DNA from: an uncultured Ruminococcus sp.
GTDB lineage: Bacteria; Bacillota; Clostridia; Oscillospirales; Ruminococcaceae
DNA length: 64,000 nt
NCBI GenBank assembly: GCA_946493775.1
Contig: CAMMBC010000005.1
Coordinates: 3,417 to 67,416, forward strand
Direction: 5' to 3'
A model generated the notes under the pieces. It did not search any database, was not told the origin of the DNA, and saw only the letters and a list, made by a program, of their open reading frames with translations. Numbering within the stretch: the first letter of the stretch is position 1; every line of letters begins with the position of its first letter. The translations under genes and the position numbers were made by a program. Shown here piece by piece: positions 1-10,143 of this stretch.

Positions 1-498
1 TCTGCCCTTATGCAGCCAGCTATGTACGGTGCTTTCGCTTACATAATACATCCTGCCTATCTCCGCCGCCGAATATCCCTCATAATAATGAAGATAAACG
101 GCGTTTCTGAATTTTTCCGGCAGTGCGAGCACCGCTTCCATTGTTTCGCTGATTTCAAAATCCGCTGTTCTCTCCATTATCCTTTCGCATTCCTTGAAAT
201 CTGCGGCTTTTCTCCTCCACCAATGCTTTAAAGTATTTCTGCAAAGGTTCTGCGCCGTTACAATAAGCCACGCCTTTTCATGCTCCGGACTTTCAAAAAA
301 CGTGCCGTGCTCCATATACTTTAAAAATACAGCGGATACGGCATCCTCTATATCATGCTGATTTCCTTTAAAATACATAAAGCTTATCCTGTATACCATA
401 TCGGAATACATTCCAAAGGCCCTTTCCACATCCTTATGTGTCGTGATCCGCTCCCCCCTCTTATGTAATACGTCATCTTTGTTTGAAAAGCTTTTCAT
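1..498 (-). CDS. ECF-type sigma-70 family RNA polymerase sigma factor; the 3' end runs off the window
   Basis: Absent from the ORF track because it has no stop in the window. My translation from the ATG at 498 reads MKSFSNKDDVLHKRGERITTHKDVERAFGMYSDMVYRISFMYFKGNQHDIEDAVSAVFLKYMEHG...ALPEKFRNAVYLHYYEGYSAAEIGRMYYVSESTVHSWLHKGR. This looks like sigma region 2 plus the region 4 HTH. Confidence 0.75.
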   Translation of the reverse strand, partial: MKSFSNKDDVLHKRGERITTHKDVERAFGMYSDMVYRISFMYFKGNQHDIEDAVSAVFLKYMEHGTFFESPEHEKAWLIVTAQNLCRNTLKHWWRRKAADFKECERIMERTADFEISETMEAVLALPEKFRNAVYLHYYEGYSAAEIGRMYYVSESTVHSWLHKGR

Positions 499-548
499 TT
501 ATAATACAAATTAAAAGCCAGCATCCTTGTTAACATTCTGTAAATACT

Positions 549-587
549 AAAAAAAGAACCCTTCCGCTTAAAAACGGAAAGGTTCTC
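549..587 (-). terminator. Intrinsic terminator after acpP, at the end of the FASII operon
   Basis: 12-bp stem agaacccttccg/cggaaaggttct. A run of 7 U follows on the minus-strand RNA. Confidence 0.8.
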
Positions 588-601
588 ACAAACTTACGAA
601 A

Positions 602-838
602 TTAATCCTCGTTTGAAGCTGACTCGATATATTTTACAATATCTCCGACAGTTTTGATGTTTTCAACCTCTTCATCAGGAATTTCAACATCAAACTCCTC
701 TTCGATCGACATAACAAGGTCAACAACGTCAAGCGAATCTGCACCCAGGTCGTCAACGATCGATGATTCCATAGTAACATCATTTTCATCGGCGTCAAGC
801 TGATCTACAACGATATCACGAACCTTTTCAAATACCAC
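602..838 (-). CDS. acpP: Acyl carrier protein
   Basis: [12 protein letters not shown] carries the phosphopantetheine-Ser (DSL) motif. Size and acidity fit ACP. I placed the start at the GTG at 838, 9 nt after GGAGG; the ORF-track start at 883 looks too long. Confidence 0.9.
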   Translation of the reverse strand: MVFEKVRDIVVDQLDADENDVTMESSIVDDLGADSLDVVDLVMSIEEEFDVEIPDEEVENIKTVGDIVKYIESASNED

Positions 839-931
839 TAAAAGCACCCTCCATTCTACTGAGAATATGCGGCAGCACAGCAAGCCTATGATGCCTTATA
901 ATAGTTGAGCCGAACAACAGCTATGATTCCT

Positions 932-1753
932 TTAATTAGGCGAGCTGCCATTCTCTTGAAAATCGCCAACTATCCTAAACTTATTATAACGTTCATTTAG
1001 CAATTCGTCAAGCCCTTTTTTCAATTTTCTTTGCAGCGCCTCGTAAATATAATCGGATATATTTTCGGCAGTCTGCTCGCAGTCGTTATGGGCTCCTCCG
1101 GCGGGTTCGGAAATAATATAATCGCAAACCTTCAGCCGCTGAAGGTCCTCTGCGGTTATTTTCATAATATCGCAGGCTTCACGCTCTCTTGACGCGTCCT
1201 TCCACAGAATAGAAGCGAAACCTCTGGGCGATATTACCGAGTATATTGCATTTTCAAGCATAGCAAGCTCATCGCACACGCCCATAGCAAGCGCTCCTCC
1301 CGAGCCGCCCTCGCCAAGTACAATCGAAATCACAGGAGTTTTCAGAGTCATGAACTCCATAATGCTTCTTGCGATAGCCTCTCCCTGTCCTCGCTTTTCA
1401 GCCTCTACGCCGCAGAATGCTCCCGACGTATCCACAAGGCATATTACCGGTCTGTGAAACTTCTCCGCCTGCTTAGCAAGCCTGAGAGCCTTTCTGTAGC
1501 CCTCGGGATGCGGCATTCCGAAATTACATTCCTTATTTTCCTCAAGGTTTCTTCCCTTTACCTGGGCAATAACGGTAACGGGCATACCCTTGAAGCGGCA
1601 CACCCCGCCCATGATCGCTCCGTCGTCGCCATAATAACGATCGCCGTGCATTTCATAAAAATCGTCGAATATGAGCGGAATATAATCCCTTACCGTCGGC
1701 CTGCCCTTATGACGTATTATGTCAAGCCTCTGGCTGGCTGTAAGATTACTCAT
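932..1753 (-). CDS. accA: Acetyl-CoA carboxylase carboxyltransferase alpha subunit
   Basis: Typical AccA sequence (GGAHND, GEGGSGGALA). The start overlaps the accD stop by 8 nt. Confidence 0.9.
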   Translation of the reverse strand: MSNLTASQRLDIIRHKGRPTVRDYIPLIFDDFYEMHGDRYYGDDGAIMGGVCRFKGMPVTVIAQVKGRNLEENKECNFGMPHPEGYRKALRLAKQAEKFHRPVICLVDTSGAFCGVEAEKRGQGEAIARSIMEFMTLKTPVISIVLGEGGSGGALAMGVCDELAMLENAIYSVISPRGFASILWKDASREREACDIMKITAEDLQRLKVCDYIISEPAGGAHNDCEQTAENISDYIYEALQRKLKKGLDELLNERYNKFRIVGDFQENGSSPN

Positions 1754-2630
1754 ATGTTCCGCCCTCCTTAGTATTATGAAGCTTAAGAAGATGTGCGAGA
1801 GTTCTTCTCATTTTCTTACGCTCCACAATCATATCTACAAAGCCCGATTCAAGCATAAACTCTGCGGACTGAAATTCATCCGGCAGCTTCTGTTTTATAG
1901 TGCCCTCGATTACTCTTCTGCCAGCAAATCCTATAAGCACTTTAGGTTCGGCTATAATAATATCTCCAAGCGACGCAAAGGACGCCGTCACTCCGCCCGT
2001 AGTCGGATCGGTCATAACAGTAATATAAAGCAGTCCCGCCTCGTTATGACGAGCCACCGCTCCGCTGGTTTTCGCCATCTGCATAAGGGAAACTATGCCC
2101 TCCTGCATTCTTGCTCCTCCCGACGCCGTAAACGCAATTACGGGCAATCGGTTTTCCGTGGCATATTCGAACGCCCTGGTGATCTTCTCGCCGACAACGC
2201 TGCCCATTGATGCCATCATAAAATTCGAGTCCATTACTATAATAACTATGTCCTCGCCCCTGATTTTAGCTCTTCCCGTGATAACAGCGTCTTTCAGACC
2301 CGTTTTCTCCCTGAGGGCCCTCTGTTTTTCCTCGTAATCCGGAAAATCAATAGGGTTTTTGGATATCATCTGCGCGTCGAATTCCTCCAGACTGTCCTTG
2401 TCTATAGTAATATCCAGCCTTTCCCGCGACGTCAGACGGGAATGATAATTGCAGTTAGGACAAACCTTACCGTTATTCTGAAAATCTTCGATGAACGTAA
2501 CGCTTGCACATCTGGGACATTTAAACAGCAGCCCCTTCGGAATATCCGTTTTGCTCTTCTTAACAGCGTCGGGTTTTCCTTCTCCGCCGTTAAAACGGGT
2601 TTTTACCACTGAAAACAAATCCTCCAGCAT
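1746..2630 (-). CDS. accD: Acetyl-CoA carboxylase carboxyltransferase beta subunit
   Basis: N-terminal Zn ribbon CPRC...CPNC followed by a carboxyltransferase domain (SGGARMQEG). Confidence 0.9.
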   Translation of the reverse strand: MLEDLFSVVKTRFNGGEGKPDAVKKSKTDIPKGLLFKCPRCASVTFIEDFQNNGKVCPNCNYHSRLTSRERLDITIDKDSLEEFDAQMISKNPIDFPDYEEKQRALREKTGLKDAVITGRAKIRGEDIVIIVMDSNFMMASMGSVVGEKITRAFEYATENRLPVIAFTASGGARMQEGIVSLMQMAKTSGAVARHNEAGLLYITVMTDPTTGGVTASFASLGDIIIAEPKVLIGFAGRRVIEGTIKQKLPDEFQSAEFMLESGFVDMIVERKKMRRTLAHLLKLHNTKEGGTYE

Positions 2631-2646
2631 TTAAACTGTCCCCTTT

Positions 2647-3990
2647 CTATAAAATTTCCGTCCGATTAAGATAACCGTTATCATAATCGCCCTTTAAAAA
2701 AGCTTCCGTGCGAATAAGCTTCAGCTGAAAATCTATATTGGTAGCAACTCCGTCAACAATAAATTCCGACAGCGCCCACGTCATTTTCGCAATAGCCTCC
2801 TCGCGGGTCGCACCGTGAACGATAAGCTTTCCTATCATGCTGTCGTAGTAAGGGGATATCTCATACCCCTGATAAACCGCACTGTCAACTCTTATCCCGG
2901 GTCCTCCCGGAATGTGCAGTGACTGGATCACACCCGGCGACGGTCTGAAGCCCAGCGCCGGATTCTCTGCGTTTATTCTGCACTCTATCGCATGACCGCT
3001 TATTTTTACATCCTCCTGTCTTATCGCCAGACGCTCTCCGGAAGCAATAAGAATCTGCTGCTTTACAAGATCGATTCCGGTAATCTCCTCGGTTATAGGA
3101 TGCTCCACCTGTATACGGGTATTCATCTCCATAAAATAGAAATTCCCCTTGCCGTCCACCAGAAATTCAATAGTTCCGGCATTACGATAGCCGCATACCT
3201 TAGCCGCCTTTACCGCCGCCTCACCCATTTTCCTGCGCAACTCGTCGGTCATTATAGGTGACGGAGCCTCCTCCAGAACCTTCTGATTTCTTCTCTGCAT
3301 AGAACAATCACGCTCGCCGAGATAAATAACATCCCCGTAATTATCCGCAAGTATCTGGATTTCAATATGCTTAGGGTTTTCAATGTATTTTTCTATGTAT
3401 ATCTCATCGTTGCCGAAGCAGGCAAGAGCCTCCTGTTTCGCAGCGGTCATCTGTGCGTCAAGCTCGTCATCTGAACGGACAATCCTGATACCCCTTCCGC
3501 CGCCTCCTGCCGAAGCCTTGACCATGACGGGATAGCCCAGATCGTTTGCAAGAGTGTGGGCGGCGTGGATATTTGAAATTGCGCCGTCGGAGCCCATTAT
3601 TACAGGAACCCCCGCCTCTTTCATAGTTTCTTTTGCCTGAGCCTTGTCGCCCAGCATTTCAATGCTTTGCGCTCTGGGACCTATAAAGGTGATCCCGCAC
3701 TTCTCGCAGGTTCTGGCAAACGCAGGATTTTCCGATAAAAAACCGAAACCGGGATGAATTGCGTCCGCCCCAGTTATCTCACAAGCGGATATGATCGCTC
3801 TTACGTTAAGATAGCTATCCTTACTGGCTGCGGGACCTATACAGACCGCCTCGTCGGCGATTTTTGCATGAAGAGCGTTTTTATCGGCAGTTGAATATAC
3901 GGCAACCGTATGTATGCCAAGCTCACGGCAGGCACGGATAATGCGGACGGCTATCTCGCCTCTGTTTGCAATCAGAACTTTTTTGAACAT
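2647..3990 (-). CDS. accC: Biotin carboxylase
   Basis: MFKKVLIANRGEIAVRIIRA..., an ATP-grasp fold with the GGGGRG loop, 447 aa. Confidence 0.95.
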   Translation of the reverse strand: MFKKVLIANRGEIAVRIIRACRELGIHTVAVYSTADKNALHAKIADEAVCIGPAASKDSYLNVRAIISACEITGADAIHPGFGFLSENPAFARTCEKCGITFIGPRAQSIEMLGDKAQAKETMKEAGVPVIMGSDGAISNIHAAHTLANDLGYPVMVKASAGGGGRGIRIVRSDDELDAQMTAAKQEALACFGNDEIYIEKYIENPKHIEIQILADNYGDVIYLGERDCSMQRRNQKVLEEAPSPIMTDELRRKMGEAAVKAAKVCGYRNAGTIEFLVDGKGNFYFMEMNTRIQVEHPITEEITGIDLVKQQILIASGERLAIRQEDVKISGHAIECRINAENPALGFRPSPGVIQSLHIPGGPGIRVDSAVYQGYEISPYYDSMIGKLIVHGATREEAIAKMTWALSEFIVDGVATNIDFQLKLIRTEAFLKGDYDNGYLNRTEIL

Positions 3991-4577
3991 ATATTATGCC
4001 TCACTATTTTTATTTTTTTGCGGATGAAACCAATTATACAGAATATCTGCCATATCAGCATCAGGGGAAGTACGGGTATCACCGTAAACGCCAGACACAA
4101 CCAGAAAAAAGCGTTTCTAAATGCTTCTGCGCCGTAGACCGTATAAGTAGTAATAAATCCTGCTTTATATCCGACCGACATACAGTACAGGCTATACAAA
4201 ACTATAAACGTTATCGGCAGGAAAGAAAGTATAAACAATACGGTTCTTACTTTACTTTCCAACTTTTCCTGCTGCTCGGGTTCTGCATACTTTTTAGCAG
4301 ACCTTCGGCGGACTATGTAATTGATAAGCCACACTAGCTGAAACAGAACTGCGGCAGTTGGCAGACACCACAAGGGGTTTTCAATGCACTCAAATATCCA
4401 TCGTCCCAGCCAGTCTAGGATAAAGCTTTCTATTTTATATCCAAGCGAATACTTTTCATAATATTCCGCCATATCATAAGCATGGAGGACAGCGCCCACT
4501 GTATGTCCCAGAATACCGAAAAATACAAGCATCGCTGAAATATACAGCGGCATTCTGGAACGTTCAAGCTTTGCCAT
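3972..4577 (-). CDS. Polytopic membrane protein of unknown function, embedded in the FASII operon
   Basis: 201 aa with several hydrophobic segments. A GGGGGG Shine-Dalgarno precedes the start. Its last 19 nt overlap the accC start. I recognise no family. Confidence 0.6.
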   Translation of the reverse strand: MAKLERSRMPLYISAMLVFFGILGHTVGAVLHAYDMAEYYEKYSLGYKIESFILDWLGRWIFECIENPLWCLPTAAVLFQLVWLINYIVRRRSAKKYAEPEQQEKLESKVRTVLFILSFLPITFIVLYSLYCMSVGYKAGFITTYTVYGAEAFRNAFFWLCLAFTVIPVLPLMLIWQIFCIIGFIRKKIKIVRHNICSKKF

Positions 4578-4611
4578 AAAAGTCCCCCCTGCTGTCTGTG
4601 GATATACGCTC

Positions 4612-5043
4612 TTACTTTATTGCAAAAGTTATCTCTGCGGAAACTGCTTTTTTGCCGTTGACGGTGGCAAGCGCTTTTCCTACACCGATAGGACCTTTGA
4701 CCTTTATGATCTCGACTTCGATATTGAGCGTATCTCCGGGCACTACCTGCTGACGGAACTTGCAGTCCTTTATTCCACCGAAAAGACCTATTTTGCCCTT
4801 GTTTTCAGGCATAGAAAGCAACGCCACAGCTCCCGCCTGAGCGCACATTTCGACCATGAGAACGCCGGGCGTTACGGGATAACCGGGAAAATGTCCCTTA
4901 AACCAGAAATCTTCCTCTTTCATATATTTTGTAGCGACGACTCTCTTGCCCACTTCAAGTTCGTTTACCTCGTCGATAAGCAGAAACGGATCGCGGTGAG
5001 GGATTATTTCCATTATCTGCTCTCTGTTTAAAACTACTGCCAT
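4612..5043 (-). CDS. fabZ: 3-hydroxyacyl-ACP dehydratase
   Basis: Hot-dog fold motif HFPGYPVTPGVLMVEMCAQ, 143 aa. Confidence 0.95.
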   Translation of the reverse strand: MAVVLNREQIMEIIPHRDPFLLIDEVNELEVGKRVVATKYMKEEDFWFKGHFPGYPVTPGVLMVEMCAQAGAVALLSMPENKGKIGLFGGIKDCKFRQQVVPGDTLNIEVEIIKVKGPIGVGKALATVNGKKAVSAEITFAIK

Positions 5044-5056
5044 TATATTTCCTCCG

Positions 5057-5536
5057 TTATCCGATTATCATTACCGTCTGGTCAAATTCCAGAGAGTCTC
5101 CGTCGTTTACCAGAATCTCTTTGACAACTCCGTCAAATTCGCTCTGGACCTCGCTCATCACTTTCATCGACTCGATAATAAAAATCGTATCGCCTTTTTT
5201 AACCTGCTGTCCGACCGTCACAAACGGCTTGTCGTTAGGCGACGGCGCGGCATAGAACGTTCCTACGATCGGAGCCTTTACCTGATTGCCTGAAACTGCG
5301 GGGGCCGCCTTTTCTGCGCTCTGTGACGCAGCAACCGTTTCATGCTGCTGTACAGCGGCGATCGGCATTGCGGGCATCGGAGGCATTGCCGGCGGAGGGG
5401 GAGGACATTTTTTACCCTTTATTGTAAACTTGAAATCGTCCTCTTCTATAGTGATTTCCGAAAGGCCTTTTTCGCTTACAAGGTCAGCCAGCTTTTCGAT
5501 ATTTTCCTGTGTAAAATCAAAACCTATTTTTCCCAT
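5057..5536 (-). CDS. accB: Biotin carboxyl carrier protein
   Basis: Pro/Ala-rich linker and a C-terminal biotinyl domain with the ESMKVM biotinylation motif. Confidence 0.9.
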   Translation of the reverse strand: MGKIGFDFTQENIEKLADLVSEKGLSEITIEEDDFKFTIKGKKCPPPPPAMPPMPAMPIAAVQQHETVAASQSAEKAAPAVSGNQVKAPIVGTFYAAPSPNDKPFVTVGQQVKKGDTIFIIESMKVMSEVQSEFDGVVKEILVNDGDSLEFDQTVMIIG

Positions 5537-5547
5537 ATATGTTCTCC

Positions 5548-6783
5548 TTAATCAACGTATTTTTTAAGGCAGATCGTGGCGTTATGACCGCCGAAGCCGA
5601 GGGAGTTGGAAAGAGCGCCTTTAATATCGATCTCTCTGTTGCCGTCAACGCAGTAGTCAAGATCGCATTCCGGGTCGGGAGTCTTATATCCCAGAGTTCT
5701 GTGAACAAGCCCGTCGCGAACTGAAAGCGCCGTAACGATTGCTTCCACTCCGCCTGCCGCTCCAAGAAGATGACCGATCATTGACTTTGTGGAATTGATA
5801 ACGGTCTTTTTCGCCGCTTCTTCTCCCAAAGCAAGCTTTATCGCAAGAGTTTCATACTTATCGTTAAGGTCGGTGGAGGTTCCGTGAGCGTTTATGTAAT
5901 TAACCTCGTCGGGCTTCAGTCCTGCCTCTTCGTAAGCGTGCTTCATTGCGAAAGCCGCCGCCTCTCCCGTAGGTGAAGGACTGGTTATATGATAAGCGTC
6001 GTCAGTAGCTCCGTAACCGGCTATCTCTGCTATGATATCTGCGCCCCTCGCCTTGGCGTGCTCAAGCTCTTCAAGACAAAGGATTCCGGAACCTTCGCCC
6101 AGAACAAAGCCCTGTCTGTTCAGATCAAAAGGCGTAGAAGCAGACTCGACATTCTCCGCTCTGGAAAGCGCCTTCATATTATTAAAGCCGCCGAGAGAAA
6201 ATCTTGAGATGCATGCCTCCGCACCTCCGCATAAACAAACGTCAAGATATCCATCCTTTATTTTGCGGAAAGCCTCTCCTATCGCGTGCGTGCCGGAAGA
6301 GCAGGCCGTAGTGGTGCAGAAATTGTCACCCTTAAAACCGGTTTTCATGGAAACCATTCCCGCCGCCATATTGCTTATCATCATAGGAACAAAGAAAACA
6401 GATATCTTGTCGGGTTTTTCGTTAAACTTTGTGACCTCATGCTCGGTCAGATTCAGTCCTCCTATTCCCACGCCGATAATAACTCCGGCTCTGAACGGAT
6501 TCACATCCTTGAAATCACTGCCGGCCATTTCAAGCGCCTGCATTGAAGAGCACAGCGCAAACTGGGTGAACCTGTCCATTCTTCTTGATTCTTTCTTATC
6601 AATATATCTGCTGCTGTCAAAGTCTTTGACAGCTCCTACGACCTTAACGGGAAAATCCGCCGTATCAAACTGATCAATATATGAAATACCGTTTTTATTA
6701 GCCTTGATATTATCCCAGAATTCAGTAACGCTCTGTCCCAAAGGATTGACCGTTCCCATTCCTGTAATAACTACTCTTCTCAT
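5548..6783 (-). CDS. fabF: 3-oxoacyl-ACP synthase II
   Basis: Active-site ACSSG Cys, HGTSTDLND and GHLLGAAG His motifs, 411 aa. Confidence 0.95.
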   Translation of the reverse strand: MRRVVITGMGTVNPLGQSVTEFWDNIKANKNGISYIDQFDTADFPVKVVGAVKDFDSSRYIDKKESRRMDRFTQFALCSSMQALEMAGSDFKDVNPFRAGVIIGVGIGGLNLTEHEVTKFNEKPDKISVFFVPMMISNMAAGMVSMKTGFKGDNFCTTTACSSGTHAIGEAFRKIKDGYLDVCLCGGAEACISRFSLGGFNNMKALSRAENVESASTPFDLNRQGFVLGEGSGILCLEELEHAKARGADIIAEIAGYGATDDAYHITSPSPTGEAAAFAMKHAYEEAGLKPDEVNYINAHGTSTDLNDKYETLAIKLALGEEAAKKTVINSTKSMIGHLLGAAGGVEAIVTALSVRDGLVHRTLGYKTPDPECDLDYCVDGNREIDIKGALSNSLGFGGHNATICLKKYVD

Positions 6784-6917
6784 TTAAACACTCCTCTTCT
6801 GCAATTGGCAAAATTATATGGCCTTTGCCTTACCTGTTATTTTCGGCAGTTCAAAGCGTATTCTGTCGATTACTGCTTTGAAGACAAACCCGCCTTTCCA
6901 CCTGCTTCCGTCAGGGA

Positions 6918-7652
6918 TCACATTGACAGTCCGCCGGAAATCTCTATTACCTGTCCCGTAACATAGCTTGCATCCTCTGAAGCCAGGAAGGATACCACTC
7001 CGGCAATTTCCTCCACCTCACCGTAACGCTTCATCGCGATCTGTGCGATCATAGCGTCCCGCTGAGCGTCGGTCAGCTTATCGGTCATGGGAGTTTTGAT
7101 AAAGCCCGGAGCGACAGCGTTGCAGGTTATTCCTCTGGAACCCAGCTCCTTTGCAACCGTCTTGGTCATTCCGATGATAGCCGCCTTTGAAGCGGAGTAA
7201 TTCATCTGACCGGGATTTCCGTAAACTCCCGCAACCGAAGAAAGATTTATGATCCTTCCGGATTTCTGGCGCATCATAACGCTTCCGGCAAACTTACACA
7301 TATTGAATACGCTTTTCTGATTTACCGCAATAACGCTGTCGTACTGCTCCTCGCTCATTCTTGCCATAAGACCGTCCCTTGTAATACCTGCATTGTTTAC
7401 AAGCACGTCTATCGAACCGAAGCGGGCCTTCACTGCCTTAACGGTTTCCTCTACCTGAGAATAGCTTGAAACGTCGCAGATGAATTTTTCTACCTCAACA
7501 CCCTCGGCTCTTATCTTATCAATTATATCGTTATTCTCAAACATTGTCTCACTGATGTCGTTAAGAGCAATATTAAAGCCATCCTTTGCAAGACGAAGCG
7601 CAATAGCAGCTCCTATTCCTCTTGCCGAACCCGTAATTAATGCTGTTGCCAT
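6918..7652 (-). CDS. fabG: 3-oxoacyl-ACP reductase
   Basis: SDR family: TGSARGIG, NNAG and YSASKAA motifs, 244 aa. Confidence 0.9.
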   Translation of the reverse strand: MATALITGSARGIGAAIALRLAKDGFNIALNDISETMFENNDIIDKIRAEGVEVEKFICDVSSYSQVEETVKAVKARFGSIDVLVNNAGITRDGLMARMSEEQYDSVIAVNQKSVFNMCKFAGSVMMRQKSGRIINLSSVAGVYGNPGQMNYSASKAAIIGMTKTVAKELGSRGITCNAVAPGFIKTPMTDKLTDAQRDAMIAQIAMKRYGEVEEIAGVVSFLASEDASYVTGQVIEISGGLSM

Positions 7653-7692
7653 ACTTTTTTCCTCCTGTTTTTATAGCTGATTTATCTCATGT

Positions 7693-8202
7693 TCAATAAT
7701 CATGATTTCGCCGGTAATGCCACTCCTGCCAGAAAATCTTATACGCCGTTTTATCGTAATTGTCGCATTCCGATAAATCCTTTGGCTTGCAGGAATTATA
7801 AAACGCTTCTACCTTATCTGCAAATTCAAAAACCTGACGCTTGTAATCCTCATAATCAACAAAAACCTCATTTCCTGATTCGGTAACAAGCATTATTTCC
7901 CCGTCTTTATGAATAACAGACCAATCTATACCATTAGAACATCCTATAACCTCGACGGTTTTCCTGTCATCATTAATGAATAACGAGTGACCGCAGCAGG
8001 GCAGCATCTGGTTTTCCTTATATATAATATGATCCTGAGTCAGGCTTTTAAGAAGATAAAGCGCCGTCGAGCTTACAGTACAGTTATATTTAAAGGTTTC
8101 ATCTCCAATAACCGCTTCAGCACTTCCGTGAAGACACAGGTCTTTAGGATCGTCGAAGCCGCCGTTTATCCAACAAAAATCATCTGCGTCAATATAAAAC
8201 AT
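7693..8202 (-). CDS. Hypothetical soluble protein embedded in the FASII operon
   Basis: 169-aa ORF in the operon orientation with short flanking gaps. I recognise no motif and the SD is weak. Confidence 0.5.
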   Translation of the reverse strand: MFYIDADDFCWINGGFDDPKDLCLHGSAEAVIGDETFKYNCTVSSTALYLLKSLTQDHIIYKENQMLPCCGHSLFINDDRKTVEVIGCSNGIDWSVIHKDGEIMLVTESGNEVFVDYEDYKRQVFEFADKVEAFYNSCKPKDLSECDNYDKTAYKIFWQEWHYRRNHDY

Positions 8203-8264
8203 TTTCTTGCTTTAAAACCCCGCCGTCCGATTAAACGCGTCTTCAATCACCGGTCATACGGCAG

Positions 8265-9092
8265 TTACTCTCCTGTCACATATCCTGAAATAATATCATA
8301 CCAATAAGCGCCCATTTTTTCATAGCCCTCTTTTGTAGGATGGATACCGTCCTGAAGGTCTTCCTTTGTCAAAACGCTGTTGATGTCGGCCAGTTCTATA
8401 TTTCTGCCCGCCGCCTTTTCCTCTTCAACCAAAGCCTTCACTTTTTCGTTGTAGTCGTCAACATACTTATCCATATCCTCAACAGTAAAGTACTCAGGGT
8501 CGATATATGTATCATCCTCAGCGTTCATATACGGAATGGTTGCAAGGTAAAGCATCCCGTCGTCCGGAAGCTTTTCAAAAATACTGTCAACAAGGGCTTT
8601 AAGTCGGTCTCCTGCGCTTTCAAGCTCGTAAAGGCTCAATATGTCGTTTGTGCCTATCTGAAGCATTACGACATCCGGAGTATATGTTCCGAACAGATCT
8701 TCGATTCTTTCAGAAATACCCGACCGACCGCCTGAAACCGAATCTTCCTCCGATATAGGATCGATCGAATAACCGGTATATCCGCAGTGCTGATTGTCAT
8801 AGCAGTCTCCGGCCTGCTTTTTACCAACAAAATCCACGTACTGAGACAAGCCGTTTTCTTCCAGAAGATTCGCAAGGGGAACACGGTACGCTCCCCTGTA
8901 GGTAAATCCCTCGGTTATAGAATCGCCGAGAGCCATAAGCTTAATGCTTCTGGGATACTGTACCTCAGCCTGTGAAGCCGGGCTTTCTGTCGCCGAACCG
9001 ACCTCCTCCTGAGAGGAAGCGTCCGTTTCGCCGCAAGCTGACAACAGCATTGCAGACAAAAGTAAAGGCAAAAGAACTTTTTTCATTTTCAT
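8265..9092 (-). CDS. SGNH/GDSL-family hydrolase lipoprotein (putative esterase or lipase)
   Basis: MKMKKVLLPLLLSAMLLSAC is a lipoprotein signal with lipobox LSAC. Block I is ALGDSITEG and block V is DGIHPT. I chose the start at 9092 because the upstream extension is basic junk. Confidence 0.75.
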   Translation of the reverse strand: MKMKKVLLPLLLSAMLLSACGETDASSQEEVGSATESPASQAEVQYPRSIKLMALGDSITEGFTYRGAYRVPLANLLEENGLSQYVDFVGKKQAGDCYDNQHCGYTGYSIDPISEEDSVSGGRSGISERIEDLFGTYTPDVVMLQIGTNDILSLYELESAGDRLKALVDSIFEKLPDDGMLYLATIPYMNAEDDTYIDPEYFTVEDMDKYVDDYNEKVKALVEEEKAAGRNIELADINSVLTKEDLQDGIHPTKEGYEKMGAYWYDIISGYVTGE

Positions 9093-9190
9093 ACCGCGCC
9101 CCCGACAGGGAGCACACCTCCTTTTACTATTTCGTTTCTTTTCCGTCATAGTCCTCCAAAGCAAAAGGACGCCTGTAAGATTCCTATGCT

Positions 9191-10129
9191 TTATTTATTC
9201 AGAAGCGCTTCCGCCTGAGCAAACATTTCCTCGATCATATCCTTTGCAGGCTCAATCTTATTTACCATACCCGCAATAGCGCCGCAGAGGAAGGAACCTT
9301 CGTCAAGATTTCCGTCCTGCACCGCCTTTCTCAGCGAGCCCAGGGTTATCTTCTCAAACTCATCGGGAGTAAGCGAACCGTCCATTTCACCGCTTGCAAG
9401 CCGCTTTGAAAACTTGGTCTTTACGTTACGGCATGGATGACCGGTCGACCGTCCCGTTACAATACTGTCGGTATCCTTAGCCTTTATAACCAGGTCCTTA
9501 TACACAGGGTGTATCTGACATTCCTCGGCTGCAAGGAAACGGGTTCCAAGCTGAACACCCTCCGCTCCCAGCATAAACGACGCGGCGATTCCTCTGCCGT
9601 CGGCAATTCCGCCTGCCGCTATAACGGGTATCTCCACGGCGTCAACGACCTGAGGGACAAGACACATCGTGGTGTTTTCACCGATATGACCGCCCGATTC
9701 GGTGCCCTCGGCAACAACTGCGTCTGCGCCGGCTCTTTCCATTCTCTTCGCAAGAGCCACCGACGGAATTACCGGAATAACCTTTATTCCGGCTTCCTTC
9801 CATGCCGCCATATATTTTCCGGGATTGCCTGCTCCCGTAGTAACTACCGGAACACCCTCCTCGATAACAAGCTTTGCAAGCTCTTCGGCGTTAGGACTCA
9901 TAAGCATTATATTTACGCCGAACGGCTTGTCCCCTACGGCAGCCTTGGTCTTTCTTATCTGCTCTCTAAGATAGTCGATAGGAGCAGAGCCTCCGGCAAT
10001 AAGTCCAAGCCCTCCCGCATTGGAAACTGCCGAAGCAAGGGTGGATTCTGCTATCCAAGCCATTCCGCCCTGAATGATCGGGTATTTTATCCCCAGAAGT
10101 TCCGTAATTCTTGTCTTTGCAGTTGTCAT
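9191..10129 (-). CDS. fabK: Enoyl-ACP reductase II (FMN-dependent, NMO family)
   Basis: IKYPIIQGGMAWIAE...SNAGGLG is an NMO/FabK-type TIM barrel, and the gene sits inside the fab cluster. Confidence 0.85.
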   Translation of the reverse strand: MTTAKTRITELLGIKYPIIQGGMAWIAESTLASAVSNAGGLGLIAGGSAPIDYLREQIRKTKAAVGDKPFGVNIMLMSPNAEELAKLVIEEGVPVVTTGAGNPGKYMAAWKEAGIKVIPVIPSVALAKRMERAGADAVVAEGTESGGHIGENTTMCLVPQVVDAVEIPVIAAGGIADGRGIAASFMLGAEGVQLGTRFLAAEECQIHPVYKDLVIKAKDTDSIVTGRSTGHPCRNVKTKFSKRLASGEMDGSLTPDEFEKITLGSLRKAVQDGNLDEGSFLCGAIAGMVNKIEPAKDMIEEMFAQAEALLNK

Positions 10130-10143
10130 ATAATTTACTCCTT